A DNA stretch of 248,000 bases from Hyalangium minutum (GTDB lineage Bacteria > Myxococcota > Myxococcia > Myxococcales > Myxococcaceae). Location: the NCBI RefSeq assembly GCF_000737315.1, contig NZ_JMCB01000008.1:20001-268000 (forward strand), in the 5' to 3' direction. The position numbers and the translations under genes are program-made. Shown here in pieces: positions 43,792 through 54,688 of this stretch (the first letter of the stretch is position 1; the number at the start of each line of letters is the position of its first letter). The notes under the pieces were generated by a model. The model was not told the DNA's origin, did not search any database, and saw nothing but the letters and a program-made list of their open reading frames with translations.

Positions 43792-45768
43792 TCATCGCCT
43801 CGAGAGGCGCTCCACCGCATCCGTGAGCGCCCGCCGTGCCAGCGCGTCCTGCTCCACCGCCAACGCCGATCGCACAGCCTCTAGACTGTCGCGTCCTCCC
43901 GAATCTCCCAGCACCCGAGCCGCCGTGGCGCGCACGTCCCAGCCGGGGTGCTGCAACAGCTCCACCGCCAGCGCCACACCCTCGGCCGACACCGCTCCGG
44001 CCTGGAGCGCGGCCTTCACCACCTCCGCGTCCGCGTGGCGCGTGGCCTCTCGGAGCACCTGCGGCCGCACGGAGCCAATGCGCCCCAGCGCGCGCACCGC
44101 CCGTCCCGCCAGCGCACCGTCTGGGTGGCTCACCAGCGCCTCGAGCTCGGGCATCCGGTCAGAGGCGCCACACTCGCCCAGCGCCTCCACGGCGGCGAGC
44201 TGCACGGCGATGTCCTCGTCCTGCAGCGCAGGCTTGAGCAGCGCGCCCGCGGAGGGATCTCCTACCCTCCCCACCGCCCGGGCCCCTGCCGCACGCACCG
44301 GCGCCGCCTCGTCCTGCAGCGCCGAGCGGGCCAGCTCCAGCCCCACCGCGGGATCCACGTCCATCGCGGCTCCCAGGGCCGCCGCGCGCAGCAGCGGATC
44401 CGAGGCCCGCGCCAGCTTGCGGAACGTCGGCAGCGCGGCAGTGCCTCCCGCGTGGGCGTACGCGGCCAGTGCGGCCGGAGAGGGCCGCTTCTCGACCACT
44501 TCCTCCAGCGCCGCGAGCACGGCCTCCCGGCAGCCACCGGAGAGAACCCCCAGCGCCCGGACCGCCGCGCCTGCCAGGGCCGGCTCTTCGAGCAACGCCA
44601 CCAGAGGCGCCACCGCATCCGGCGACTGGGTCCGCCCCAGCGCCTTCACGGCCACGGCGCGAAGATCGTCCTCGGCCCACTCCAGCAGCGCGCTCAGCGC
44701 CGGGACATAGGACGGATCCACCATCTCCAGCATCGCCTGGGCGGCGGCTGCACGCGCGGGCAGGGACAGCTCCGCCATGCGCCCGAGCAGCTCACGCCCC
44801 GCCTCGGAGCCGAGCCGGGACAGCGTGCGAATCACTTCGCGCAGCAGCCGATCTTCCCGTGCCGCCTCCGCCACCGCGATGGCGAGCGAAGGCTCCCGCA
44901 GGGCCCCGGCCGCCACGAGCGCTCCGGCCCGAACAGGCATGTCCTCGTTCTCGAAGGCGCGGGTGACGAACTCCACGGCCTCGGGCACGCGCTTGAGGGC
45001 GGCACGCGTCTGGGCGTCAATCTCCGCGCGCAGGGTGCCGTCCGCCACGCTGGCCTGGCTGCCCAGGGCGCCCAGCGCGGCCTCGCGGATGGAGCGGACC
45101 TCCGAGCCCAGCCCCCGGCTGATGAGCTCCGTGGCGGCCACCTGGGGAATGAGCCCCATGACGCGGTAGGCGCTGCGGCGCAGCAGCGGATCACTCAGCA
45201 GGGGAACCACCACGGGCAGCGGCGGCGGCCACTGAAGCTGCGAGAGCGCCTCCAGCACGGCCAGCCGCAGCAGCGTCTCGGGCTCCTTGAGCAAGCCCTC
45301 CAGGGCGCGCGCCCCGGCATCCGAGCCCAGCCGCCCCAGCGCCTCCACGGCGGAGACGCGGACGTTGAGATCCGAGTCCGCCAGCGCGCCAATCAGCGCG
45401 CTCTCCGACGCGCGCCGCCCCAGCTGCCCGAGGATGTCCGCGGCGAACTTCCGCTGATCGGGATCCTCATGGGTCAGCAGCCGGATGAGCGGCGCCACCG
45501 ACACATCCCCGAGCCCCACGAGGGCCTCGGCGGCGGCGTTGCGAGCCCCCGTCTCACCGCGCTCGCCCAGGACGGCGACGAGCCGCTGAGCCACCTGCGT
45601 GAGGGAGGGCAGCCGCCGCAGGGCCTCGGACGCAGCCCGGCGCACGCGCCAGCTCTCGTCGTGGAGGCCCTGAATGAGCGCATCGAGCGCGGTAGGGCTC
45701 GCGGGGTCCACCGCGAGCACCGCCTGGTAACGCTCCTCCTCGGGCTGGGGAGCGAGCACGTGGGTCAC
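43792..45768 (-). CDS. HEAT-repeat protein
   Basis: Repeated VRxxAxxALG units. Confidence 0.85.
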   Translation of the reverse strand: MTHVLAPQPEEERYQAVLAVDPASPTALDALIQGLHDESWRVRRAASEALRRLPSLTQVAQRLVAVLGERGETGARNAAAEALVGLGDVSVAPLIRLLTHEDPDQRKFAADILGQLGRRASESALIGALADSDLNVRVSAVEALGRLGSDAGARALEGLLKEPETLLRLAVLEALSQLQWPPPLPVVVPLLSDPLLRRSAYRVMGLIPQVAATELISRGLGSEVRSIREAALGALGSQASVADGTLRAEIDAQTRAALKRVPEAVEFVTRAFENEDMPVRAGALVAAGALREPSLAIAVAEAAREDRLLREVIRTLSRLGSEAGRELLGRMAELSLPARAAAAQAMLEMVDPSYVPALSALLEWAEDDLRAVAVKALGRTQSPDAVAPLVALLEEPALAGAAVRALGVLSGGCREAVLAALEEVVEKRPSPAALAAYAHAGGTAALPTFRKLARASDPLLRAAALGAAMDVDPAVGLELARSALQDEAAPVRAAGARAVGRVGDPSAGALLKPALQDEDIAVQLAAVEALGECGASDRMPELEALVSHPDGALAGRAVRALGRIGSVRPQVLREATRHADAEVVKAALQAGAVSAEGVALAVELLQHPGWDVRATAARVLGDSGGRDSLEAVRSALAVEQDALARRALTDAVERLSRR

Positions 45769-46286
45769 GCCTCGCCTCCCATCCGCTTCGCCTCCCGCTC
45801 CACCTCCGAGCGCAGCAGCACCTTGATGTCCAGCAGCAGCCGCGGGCGCTCCACCGTCCCGCACACGCCCACCACGAACGGCGTACGGCCCGGCGACAGC
45901 AGCGCCGGCGCAGGCTTGATCTCACTGCGGCGCACCCGCATGACCTCCGTGACCCGATCCACCCTGAGCGCCAACCTCCTCCGGCCTACCAGGCATACCA
46001 GCAACCGGGTCTTCTGGGAGGCCGGAGCCTCCACGGTGTTCAACCGCTGGCGCAGATCCACCACCGGCAGCAGGGCCCCGCGCAGGTGCAGCATGCCCTC
46101 GACGAACGAGGGCGCTCGCGGCACGGGGATGACACGCTGAGGTGGGAGGATCTCTTCCACGCGCATGATGTCGACAACGTACTCCTCACGGCCCACGGAG
46201 AAGCAGCACAGCTGCACGAGCGGGTCACGGGGCGCCGAGTCCTCGGGGCGGGGGCGGCGCGTGGTCAGGGTCACCGGCTCTCTCAT
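45765..46286 (-). CDS. cheW: CheW
   Basis: VPRAPSFVEGMLHLRG. Confidence 0.9.
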   Translation of the reverse strand: MREPVTLTTRRPRPEDSAPRDPLVQLCCFSVGREEYVVDIMRVEEILPPQRVIPVPRAPSFVEGMLHLRGALLPVVDLRQRLNTVEAPASQKTRLLVCLVGRRRLALRVDRVTEVMRVRRSEIKPAPALLSPGRTPFVVGVCGTVERPRLLLDIKVLLRSEVEREAKRMGGEA

Positions 46287-46843
46287 GCGAGCGCCTGCTG
46301 AATGTCGAGGAGAATGTAGAGCTGCGAGTTGCGGCGGCCGATGCCCACCACACAGTCGCGCTCGCCGCCGAGCCCCTGCGGGGCCGGCTCCAGCATGGAG
46401 GGCTTGAGGCGGACCACGTCCCGGACCGAGTCCACCCACACACCCGCGGGGCCCTCCTCCGTATGGGCCACGAGGATGCGGGCCTGGCGCGGAGGCGGCG
46501 GCGCATCGGGGCCCGCCACCACGGAGGCCGTGTCGGTCAACCTCAGCCGCATCTTCAAGTCATACACGGGGATGACATCCCCCCGCAGGTTCATCACGCC
46601 CAGCAGCCCGGCCTCCGCTCGAGGAATCTCCGTCAACGGGGGCACCTTGCCGATCTCCCGGATGGAGGTGATGGGGACAGCGTAGCACTCGTCCTCCAGG
46701 ACGAAGGCCAGGTACTCCTCGGGCGTCTCCTCGGGGATGAGGGGCTGAAGCTCGTCGCTGCCCGCAGCGAACTCCAACAGGCCCCCGACGTCCTCGTCCG
46801 GCCGGTAGAAGAAGTCATCGAGCAGTGCGGAGAAGCGCGACAC
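46283..46843 (-). CDS. cheW: CheW
   Basis: IPRAEAGLLGVMNLRG. Confidence 0.9.
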   Translation of the reverse strand: MSRFSALLDDFFYRPDEDVGGLLEFAAGSDELQPLIPEETPEEYLAFVLEDECYAVPITSIREIGKVPPLTEIPRAEAGLLGVMNLRGDVIPVYDLKMRLRLTDTASVVAGPDAPPPPRQARILVAHTEEGPAGVWVDSVRDVVRLKPSMLEPAPQGLGGERDCVVGIGRRNSQLYILLDIQQALA

Positions 46844-46879
46844 GGGCAGAGAAGAATAGCAGCCCCGGGGCCCCTTGCG

Positions 46880-49219
46880 TCACGCCCAGCGACGCTCGGG
46901 CCCCATTCCATCTTCAAGCAGTGCCGCGACATCCAGAACGAGCACGGTTCTCCGGTTTCCCAGATCCGTCGCGCCTGAGATGCCTCGCACGGACTGGAGC
47001 CGGCCGCCCAGCGGCTTGGTGACGATGTCCTGCTGGCCGAAGAGCTCGTCCACGGCGATGCCCATGCGCTCCTGCGCCAAGCCCACCACCACCACGAAGT
47101 GGCGGCCGGTGTTGCGCTCGGGGAGCTTGAAGAGACGGGCCAGCCGGGTGAACGGCAGCGTCTGTCCGCGCAAGTCCAGCACCTCGCGCCGCTCCACGGT
47201 GCGGATGTCCTTGGGCTGCACGGAGAGGATCTCCAGCACGCTGTTGAGCGGCACCGCGTAGGTCCGCCCACTCACCCCCACCACCAGGGCGCGGATGATG
47301 GCCAGCGTAAGCGGGAGGGTGAGCTGGAAGGCCGTCCCCCGCCCGCGCTCGCTCCACACGTCGATGAGGCCCGACAGGTTGCTGATGTTGTTCTTCACCA
47401 CGTCCAGGCCCACACCGCGGCCGGACAGCTCGGACACGTTGCGAGCGGTGGAGAAGCCCGGCAGGAAGATGAGGTTGAGCAGCTCCCGCCGGGTCATCTC
47501 GTGGGCCTGGGCCTCGGTGATGAGCCCCTTCTGAATGGCCACCTCGCGGACGCGCAGCTCGTCGATGCCGGAGCCGTCGTCGCTCACCTCGATGACGACG
47601 TGGTTGCCCTTCTGCTCGGCCCTCAGCGACACGGTGGCGCGGCGCGACTTGCCCGCGGCCACCCGGGCCTCCGGGGGCTCCACGCCGTGATCGATGGCGT
47701 TGCGGATGATGTGCATCAGCGGATCGCTCAGCTCCTCGACGATGAGCTTGTCCAGCTCCACCTCACCGCCGCTGCTCAGGAAGTCGATCTCCTTGCCGGC
47801 CTCGCGGGCGATGCGGCGCACCAGCCGGGCCAGCTTGTCGAAGACCTGGCCCACCGGGACCATGCGCGCCTCGAGCAACCCGCCCTGGAGCGCGTCCAGC
47901 TTGCGCTCGAGCTGCCGCGTCTCGCGCGCCAGCTCCGTCACCCAGGCCTTGGAGAGCACCAGCGTGCCCTCCTGCCGCGCCGTCTCCGCCATGCGCTGGA
48001 GGTTGGCCTTGATGAGCAGCAGCTCGCCCACCGTGTTCATCAGCCCGTCCAGGCGGCGGATGTCCACGCGCACCGTCTGAGTCAGCGAGCGCAGCGAGGT
48101 GTCCGGGTCGATCTTCGGCCCCCGGGAGATCGGTTCACCCGTAGCGCCATCGACGACCTCGGTGATGCCCAGGTCGGCCACCGGGGGCGGCGTCATCAAC
48201 GGCGGAGGGAGCTCGTCATCCGGCACCGGGGGCGGAGGCAGCACAGCACCCGCCCCCTTGGCCGGCTTCGCGCCCGAGCGTCCCTTGGCCAGGGCCTTGG
48301 ACTCCTCGGCGGGAGTCGGCGCGGGGGTGACCACCTTCGCCGGAGCAGTGGGAGTCGGCGGCGGAGTCGCAACGCTCTTGGTGGGAAGCGGAGCTTCGGG
48401 GGAGCGGGCCACCACTGTCGTCCGGGGAGGCTCGCGGGGGGCCGGAGGCGCCGAGCGTCCCGGAACCGGGGCACGCACCCCGAGCTGGGAGAGCTGCGCA
48501 GGGGTGCCATCGAGCGCCTCGGACAGCTCGGGGCCGGACACCTTCGAGCCGAAGATGAGATCGAACGCGATGCCACTGGCGCTGCTGGGCTGGGCCGAGG
48601 GCAGCGTGCTGATGATCTCGCCCACGGGCTTGAGGCGGGAGTTCAGCTCGGCCAGGCCCTTGTCGAAGTCGGACAAGTCAAAGTCGGCGCGCACGCGCCA
48701 CAGCGCCACGCCCCGGCGGACGTTCTCCCGCAGCCGGTGCTCCTCGTACTCGGTGAAGACGGCGCGCACCTGGGAGTCCAGGTCCAGGCGGTCGAGCGGA
48801 TCCTCCTCGCCCGGAGCCGAGGGCTCGCCCAGGTGGGAGAAGCGCTCGATGAGCCCCTCCACCCGCGAGGACTGCGAGGACGAGGTCTCCCCGCGCGAAG
48901 CATCCACGAGCAGGGACTGGAGCACGTCCAGGGCCTCGACGAGCGAGTCCAGGGTGGTGTCGTCCAGGACGAGCTTGCCCAGCCGGAGCCGGTCCAGCAG
49001 GTCCTCCATGCCGTGGGCGAGCCGGGCGATGCGGTCCTGGCCGAACAGCCCCGCGAGCCCCTTGAGCGAGTGGGCGGCGCGGAAGATGCCGTTGATGAGA
49101 TCGGGGTCGACCTCCTGCCCCCGGCGCTCGTCGAGCGTGAGCAGGTCCTTGTTGAGCGTGTCGAGGATCTCCGTCGCCTCGGCGACGAACTCGGCCAGCG
49201 CTTTGCCTCCCTGGTTCAC
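46880..49219 (-). CDS. cheA: Chemotaxis histidine kinase
   Basis: FRAAHSLKG, HIIRNAIDHG, GRGVGLDVV. Confidence 0.95.
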   Translation of the reverse strand: MNQGGKALAEFVAEATEILDTLNKDLLTLDERRGQEVDPDLINGIFRAAHSLKGLAGLFGQDRIARLAHGMEDLLDRLRLGKLVLDDTTLDSLVEALDVLQSLLVDASRGETSSSQSSRVEGLIERFSHLGEPSAPGEEDPLDRLDLDSQVRAVFTEYEEHRLRENVRRGVALWRVRADFDLSDFDKGLAELNSRLKPVGEIISTLPSAQPSSASGIAFDLIFGSKVSGPELSEALDGTPAQLSQLGVRAPVPGRSAPPAPREPPRTTVVARSPEAPLPTKSVATPPPTPTAPAKVVTPAPTPAEESKALAKGRSGAKPAKGAGAVLPPPPVPDDELPPPLMTPPPVADLGITEVVDGATGEPISRGPKIDPDTSLRSLTQTVRVDIRRLDGLMNTVGELLLIKANLQRMAETARQEGTLVLSKAWVTELARETRQLERKLDALQGGLLEARMVPVGQVFDKLARLVRRIAREAGKEIDFLSSGGEVELDKLIVEELSDPLMHIIRNAIDHGVEPPEARVAAGKSRRATVSLRAEQKGNHVVIEVSDDGSGIDELRVREVAIQKGLITEAQAHEMTRRELLNLIFLPGFSTARNVSELSGRGVGLDVVKNNISNLSGLIDVWSERGRGTAFQLTLPLTLAIIRALVVGVSGRTYAVPLNSVLEILSVQPKDIRTVERREVLDLRGQTLPFTRLARLFKLPERNTGRHFVVVVGLAQERMGIAVDELFGQQDIVTKPLGGRLQSVRGISGATDLGNRRTVLVLDVAALLEDGMGPERRWA

Positions 49220-49238
49220 GGCGGCGGGGCTCTCCGGC

Positions 49239-49613
49239 TCAGGCCAGCTTCAGGTAGCGCCGCAGCAGCGCGGTCAGATCATCCGGCTTGAACGGCTTGA
49301 CCAGGTACTCGGCGGCCCCGAGCGCCATGCCGCGATCCCGATCCTGCTCACGCCCCTCGGTGGTGATGATGAACAGGGGGGTGTCGCGGTAGTTCGGGTT
49401 CTTCTTGACGAAGTTGATCAGCTCCAGCCCGTTGATGTCGGGCATGTTGATGTCGGTGATGATCAGATCGAAGCGGTGACGCGGCAGCAGCTTGAGGGCC
49501 TCGAAGCCGCTGGCGGTGGTGAAGGCCTCGACTCCGGAGACGGACTCTACCGTGGCGGCGATGAACTCGCGCGACGCCTTGGAGTCCTCCACGATCAAGA
49601 CCTTGAGTCCCAT
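49239..49613 (-). CDS. cheY: CheY-like response regulator
   Basis: Single receiver domain. Confidence 0.85.
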   Translation of the reverse strand: MGLKVLIVEDSKASREFIAATVESVSGVEAFTTASGFEALKLLPRHRFDLIITDINMPDINGLELINFVKKNPNYRDTPLFIITTEGREQDRDRGMALGAAEYLVKPFKPDDLTALLRRYLKLA

Positions 49614-49673
49614 GTGGCCGGAAATGTTAGCAGAACCTCGACAGTGAGGTGATTCTTTGGCCGGACCTACCCG

Positions 49674-50162
49674 TCAGGACTTCTTCACGGGAAGGAGCTT
49701 CGCCAGAGACTTATCGGCCAGCACGGTAACGCGCTTCCCCTTGAAGCCCGGGAGGAAGTGCTGCTGGAGGGCCTCGGCCTGGGCGGCCTCGTCCACCTTG
49801 CCCCCGAAGGGAAGCTCCAGGGCCACGGACTCGACATTTGCCTTGGCGAGCACCTGGGCTGCATTGGCCAGGACCCGGCGCAGGGTGGCGGTGTCCAGGT
49901 TCTTCCGGGTGCCCAGGCCCACCGCGAAGATGCGGCCCATGGGCATCCGCCCGTCCGTGGGCAGCAGGAGCCAGTCTTCCTTCACGCCAGTGAAGAAGCC
50001 GCCCTTGAGCACCCGGGACAGGGAGCCGCACAGCCGCCAATCCACGTAGCCGGCGGTGCCGGGCAGGGGCCGGTCATCCTCGGCCACGAAGAGGCAGAGG
50101 GCGTCCACCCCGGTCAGGGCATCCAGGCCTTCGAGGCCGATCTCGTAGGTGGAGACGCTCAC
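49674..50162 (-). CDS. M17 peptidase N-terminal-like protein
   Basis: VDWRLCGSLS, AVGLG. Confidence 0.6.
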   Translation of the reverse strand: MSVSTYEIGLEGLDALTGVDALCLFVAEDDRPLPGTAGYVDWRLCGSLSRVLKGGFFTGVKEDWLLLPTDGRMPMGRIFAVGLGTRKNLDTATLRRVLANAAQVLAKANVESVALELPFGGKVDEAAQAEALQQHFLPGFKGKRVTVLADKSLAKLLPVKKS

Positions 50163-50584
50163 GGCTTTCCGAGGGACACCGCGACGCGGTCGAGCAGGCC
50201 GTTGACGAAGGCGCTGGACTCCTCCGTGCCGAAGTTCTTGCCCAGCTCCACGGCCTCGTTGATGGAGACCTTCTTGGGAATGTCCGGGCGGTACTTCAGC
50301 TCGAAGACGCCCAGGCGCAGCACGTTCCGGTCGATGCGGGACATGCGGTCCAGCCGCCAGTTGTGGCTGTGCTTCTCGATGAGCTCGTCAATCTCCTTCT
50401 GGTTCGCCCGGACGCCCTCGACGAGCTCCTGGGCGAACTTGACGGCGTCGGGGTCCGGCTTGCCCTCCTCGGTGGAGGCGGACCACGCGGACGCGAGCGC
50501 CTCGTAGGAGGAGAGGTTGTCGGCCATGTCCAACTGGTAGAGCGCCTGCAGCGCGCGCTCGCGGCCGGTTCTGCGAGCCCCCAT
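50159..50584 (-). CDS. nusB: Transcription antitermination factor
   Basis: RERALQALYQ, INEAVELGK, FVNGLLD. Confidence 0.95.
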   Translation of the reverse strand: MGARRTGRERALQALYQLDMADNLSSYEALASAWSASTEEGKPDPDAVKFAQELVEGVRANQKEIDELIEKHSHNWRLDRMSRIDRNVLRLGVFELKYRPDIPKKVSINEAVELGKNFGTEESSAFVNGLLDRVAVSLGKP

Positions 50585-50587
50585 GAG

Positions 50588-51085
50588 CTAGCCCCTCTTT
50601 CCTTCCGCCATCTTCGCGTAGAGGTTCACCATCTCCAGGCAGGCCATGGCGGCCTCGGCGCCCTTGTTGCCCGCCTTCACGCCAGCCCGATCGATGGCCT
50701 GCTCCACTGTGTCCGTCGTCAGCACGCCGAAGGTGACGGAGACCGGCTTCTGCAGGGCCGCGCCGGAGAAGGCCACCGAGCCGATACCCTTGGAGCACTC
50801 GCCCGCCACATAGTCGAAGTGGGGGGTGCCGCCGCGGATGACGGCGCCCAGGGTGACGACGCCCACGTAGCTCTGAGTCTCCGTAACACGGCGCGTCAAA
50901 CCGGGCAGCTCATAGGTACCGGGGCAGCGGTAGACGTCGATGTCCGAGTCCGCCACGCCATGGCGCACGAGCGAGTCCACGGCGCCCTTCACCAGCTCCT
51001 CGGTGATGAACGCGTTGAAGCGGGCCACGCAGATGGCAAAGCGGCCCTTGGGAGGCAGGAAATCACCTTCGATGTAGCGAGGCAT
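50588..51085 (-). CDS. ribH: Lumazine synthase
   Basis: PGTYELP, IRGGTPHFDYV. Confidence 0.96.
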   Translation of the reverse strand: MPRYIEGDFLPPKGRFAICVARFNAFITEELVKGAVDSLVRHGVADSDIDVYRCPGTYELPGLTRRVTETQSYVGVVTLGAVIRGGTPHFDYVAGECSKGIGSVAFSGAALQKPVSVTFGVLTTDTVEQAIDRAGVKAGNKGAEAAMACLEMVNLYAKMAEGKRG

Positions 51086-51120
51086 GGAGTGCTTCCTACA
51101 CCAGCGCCGGGCTCACGTCT

Positions 51121-52311
51121 TCACGACTTGTCACGGCGGAGGCGGGGTGTCCGGGCGGCCACCTTCTGCGAGGCCTGGCTGTTGGACAGGGGGATCTGCT
51201 CCACCACCGCCAGGGAGTAGCTCTCCAGACCCACGATCTTCTTGGGGTTGTTGGTGAGCAGACGCAGCCGGGCGAGGCCGAGATCCTTGAGGATCTGCGC
51301 CCCGACGCCGAACTCGCGCAGGCGGGTCTGGTCCGGCTTGCCCTTCACCACTTCCTCATTGGAGATGTGGGTGCACTGGAGCCGGGCCTTCGCCGGGACA
51401 TCCTTCTGAAGGTAGATGATGACGCCGCGGCCTGCGGCCTGGATGTGCTGGATGGCCTGTTCGAGCTGGCTGCCGCACTCGCACTGGCTGCTGCCCAACA
51501 GATCGCCCACCAGACAACCCCGGTGGACGCGGGTGAGCACAGGCTCCTTGCCGCGGATGTCGCCCTTCACCAGGGCCACGTGCACGGCCGAGTCCACGTC
51601 GCTGCCGTAGGTGTAGGCCTGGAAGGTGCCCGCGCCCCGGCGCTCCAGGGTGGAGGAGCCGATGCGCTTCACCAGCCGCTCGCGCTCCAAGCGGTAGCGG
51701 ATGATGTCCGCCACCGAGAGCAGCACCAGCTTGTGCTTCCGGGCGAACTTCACCAGGTCCGGCCTGCGGGCCATGGAGCCGTCGGCGTTCATGATCTCGC
51801 AGATGACGCCGAACGGAGACAGCCCCGCCATGCGCGCGAGGTCCACGCTGCCCTCGGTCTGCCCGGTGCGCACGAGCACGCCGCCATCGCGGGCGCGCAG
51901 GGGGAAGATGTGGCCGGGGCGCACGAGGTCTCCCGGCTTGGCGTTGGGAGCCACGGCGGCCTGGATGGTGCGGGCGCGGTCGGCGGCGGAGATGCCAGTG
52001 GTGACGCCTCGGGCGGCCTCGATGGAGACGGTGAAGGCCGTCTGGAAGGGCGAGGTGTTGTCCTGCACCATCAGCGGCAGGTTCAGCTTGCGGATGCGGT
52101 CCTCGGTGAGGGACAGGCAGATGAGCCCGCGCCCATAGGTGGCCATGAAGTTGATGGCCTCGGGAGTGGCCTTCTCGGCGGCCATGACGAGGTCGCCCTC
52201 GTTCTCGCGGTCCTCGTCATCCGTGAGGATGACCATGCGGCCCTTGCGGATCTCCGCGAGCGCCTTCTCCACCAGCTCGATGACGTTCGACTCCTTCGTC
52301 CCGCGCGCCAT
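51121..52311 (-). CDS. ribB: DHBP synthase with a GTP-cyclohydrolase-II-like domain
   Basis: [17 protein letters not shown]; C-terminal domain lacks QEGRG. Confidence 0.88.
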   Translation of the reverse strand: MARGTKESNVIELVEKALAEIRKGRMVILTDDEDRENEGDLVMAAEKATPEAINFMATYGRGLICLSLTEDRIRKLNLPLMVQDNTSPFQTAFTVSIEAARGVTTGISAADRARTIQAAVAPNAKPGDLVRPGHIFPLRARDGGVLVRTGQTEGSVDLARMAGLSPFGVICEIMNADGSMARRPDLVKFARKHKLVLLSVADIIRYRLERERLVKRIGSSTLERRGAGTFQAYTYGSDVDSAVHVALVKGDIRGKEPVLTRVHRGCLVGDLLGSSQCECGSQLEQAIQHIQAAGRGVIIYLQKDVPAKARLQCTHISNEEVVKGKPDQTRLREFGVGAQILKDLGLARLRLLTNNPKKIVGLESYSLAVVEQIPLSNSQASQKVAARTPRLRRDKS

Positions 52312-52322
52312 GCTTGTGCTCC

Positions 52323-52973
52323 CTACCCTTTCGTCCCGAAGCCAGCGGCCTTGAGGGCCGCTTCGGTGAGCCCACTGGTGGGGCTCTGGCGCAGCGAGAA
52401 CAGCCGCGCCACGTACTTGCCGATCATGTCCGCTTCCAGGTTCACGCGCGAGCCCACGCTCTTGCCCTGCAGGGTGGTGCGCGCCTGGGTCTCGGGGATG
52501 AGCTGCACGGTGAAGCGGTCCGCGAGCACCGCGTTGACGGTGAGGCTGATGCCATCCACGGCCACCGAGCCCTTCTCGATGAAGAAGGGCGCCAGCTCGG
52601 TGGGCAGCCGGAAGGCCATGACCCACGAGCCGCCCTCGGGGCGCGTCTCGAGCACCTCGCTCACGGCGTCCACGTGGCCGGAGACCAGGTGCCCGCCCAG
52701 CCGATCTCCCAGCGCCAGCGCGCGCTCCAGGTTCACCTTGGAGCCGGGGCGCAGCGCGTCCATGGTGGTGCGCCGCAGTGTCTCGGGGGCGGCCTGGACC
52801 TTGAAGGTATCCCCACCCCGCTCCACCACCGTGAGGCATGCGCCATCCACGGAGATGGACTCGCCCAGAGCGAAGCTGCCGGCCCCGAGCGCCGTGCGGA
52901 TCCACAGGTCGGTCATCCCACCTGGGACGACACGCTCAACCACACCCACATCCTGAACGAGACCGGTGAACAT
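52323..52973 (-). CDS. ribE: Riboflavin synthase alpha chain
   Basis: [16 protein letters not shown]. Confidence 0.95.
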   Translation of the reverse strand: MFTGLVQDVGVVERVVPGGMTDLWIRTALGAGSFALGESISVDGACLTVVERGGDTFKVQAAPETLRRTTMDALRPGSKVNLERALALGDRLGGHLVSGHVDAVSEVLETRPEGGSWVMAFRLPTELAPFFIEKGSVAVDGISLTVNAVLADRFTVQLIPETQARTTLQGKSVGSRVNLEADMIGKYVARLFSLRQSPTSGLTEAALKAAGFGTKG

Positions 52974-52996
52974 CGGCGGGGCTTATAACGAATTCT

Positions 52997-54160
52997 TCAG
53001 AACCGCGCCTGAAGGAGCAGATCCTCTCCGAGCTGCTCGAAGGTGACGTCCTTCAACTGAAGGGCCTGGGACATGAGCTTCACGCCCAGCTCGCCCGACC
53101 AGGAGATGCCCTGGCTGCCAATCAGCTTGGGGGCCAGAAACAGGGCCAGCTCGTCCGCCAGCTTGTCGCGGAGGAAGGAGCCGTACATCTCCGCCCCACC
53201 CTCCACGAGCACGTGGTTGAGCCCTTGGCTGGAGATGTGGGCCAGCAAGGCCTTCAGGTCCACGCGACCGCGCTTCTCGCGCACCTGCCACACCTCCACG
53301 CCCTGCTCGATGAAGCGGCGGGCGTTGCGGCCGGTGGGATCCTCCAGCGTGGCCACCACGGTCTTCGCGGACGAGCGCTGGGTGAAGACGGTGTGCGAGG
53401 GCTTCAGGCTCAGCCGCGAGTCCACCACCACGCGCACCGGGTCCTTGCCACGGCCACTCGGCAGCCGGGTGGTGAGCTGCGGATCATCCTTCCGCACGGT
53501 ATTGGCGCCCACGAGGATGACGTCCACGCGATCGCGCAGGCGGTGGACCCATTCGCGCGCCACCGCGCCCGTCACCCAGCGCGAGTCGCCAGTAGCGGTC
53601 GCCAGCTTGCCATCGAGCGTCACCGCGGCCTTGAGCGTGACATAGGGCTTCCGGGTGCGGATGGCCTTGAAGAAGGGCCGGTTGAGGCGATCGGCTTCGG
53701 CCTTGAGGACGCCGGTGCGGACCTCGACCCCGGCGCGCCGCAGCCGGGCCACGCCCTTGCCGCTCACCAGCGGGTTGGGATCCGAGGACGCGCTGATGAC
53801 CCGGCGCACACCGGCCTCGAGGATGGCCAAGGTGCACGGAGGAGTACGCCCATAGTGGTTGCACGGCTCGAGCGTCGTGTAGAGGTCCGCGCCTCGGGCC
53901 CGAGGCCCTGCCGCAGCCAGTGCCATGACCTCGGCGTGCGCCTGGCCCGCGGGCTGGGTGTAGCCCTTCGCGATAATCCGTCCACCCTTCACCAGCACGG
54001 CGCCCACGGAGGGATTCGGGCTGGTACGGCCCAAGCCTTTGACGGCCTCTTCCAGGGCGATGCGCATGAAGAACTCGGCCACGGCCTGATCGAAGTCCGC
54101 GGCGCGCTTCGCCCGAGGGGCCCTGCTGGCCTTCAGCCGTGCCCGCGTCAGGAGCCTCAT
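52997..54160 (-). CDS. ribD: Riboflavin deaminase/reductase
   Basis: [14 protein letters not shown]. Confidence 0.96.
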   Translation of the reverse strand: MRLLTRARLKASRAPRAKRAADFDQAVAEFFMRIALEEAVKGLGRTSPNPSVGAVLVKGGRIIAKGYTQPAGQAHAEVMALAAAGPRARGADLYTTLEPCNHYGRTPPCTLAILEAGVRRVISASSDPNPLVSGKGVARLRRAGVEVRTGVLKAEADRLNRPFFKAIRTRKPYVTLKAAVTLDGKLATATGDSRWVTGAVAREWVHRLRDRVDVILVGANTVRKDDPQLTTRLPSGRGKDPVRVVVDSRLSLKPSHTVFTQRSSAKTVVATLEDPTGRNARRFIEQGVEVWQVREKRGRVDLKALLAHISSQGLNHVLVEGGAEMYGSFLRDKLADELALFLAPKLIGSQGISWSGELGVKLMSQALQLKDVTFEQLGEDLLLQARF

Positions 54161-54663
54161 AACGGCTGGCCCCCCTTGCCGGTCTGGGGCTTGTTGGGCC
54201 GGCCTTCCTTGGACTGGTCCGCGAGCTCTTGCAGCTCGTTCATGAACTCGGCGATGTCGCGGAAGCTCCGGTACACGGAGGCAAAGCGCACATAGGCGAC
54301 CTCATCCAGGACGCGCAGCCGCCGCATCACCTCTTCACCGATGACGCTGGAGGCGACCTCCTTCTCGCCCATGCCCTGCAGCAGCCGCTCGATGTCCTCC
54401 ACGGTCTGCTCGACCTGATCGGCGGACACGGGCCGCTTCTCGCAGGCCTTCTTCAGGCCGTTGACGATCTTCTCCCGATCGAACGCCTCGCGCCGGCCGT
54501 CCTTCTTCACGATGAGCGGATAGAGCTCCTCCACCCGCTCGTACGTGGTGAAGCGCCGCTTGCACTGCAAGCACTCACGGCGCCGGCGGATCACCGATCC
54601 TTCATGCGACTCGCGCGAGTCGATGACCTTGTTCTCGGTGTCCTGGCAGAAGGGGCAGCGCAT
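54157..54663 (-). CDS. nrdR: Transcriptional repressor
   Basis: MRCPFC, RRRREC, ATP cone. Confidence 0.97.
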   Translation of the reverse strand: MRCPFCQDTENKVIDSRESHEGSVIRRRRECLQCKRRFTTYERVEELYPLIVKKDGRREAFDREKIVNGLKKACEKRPVSADQVEQTVEDIERLLQGMGEKEVASSVIGEEVMRRLRVLDEVAYVRFASVYRSFRDIAEFMNELQELADQSKEGRPNKPQTGKGGQPL

Positions 54664-54688
54664 CGGGGGATGAAGCGGAGCTCAGACC

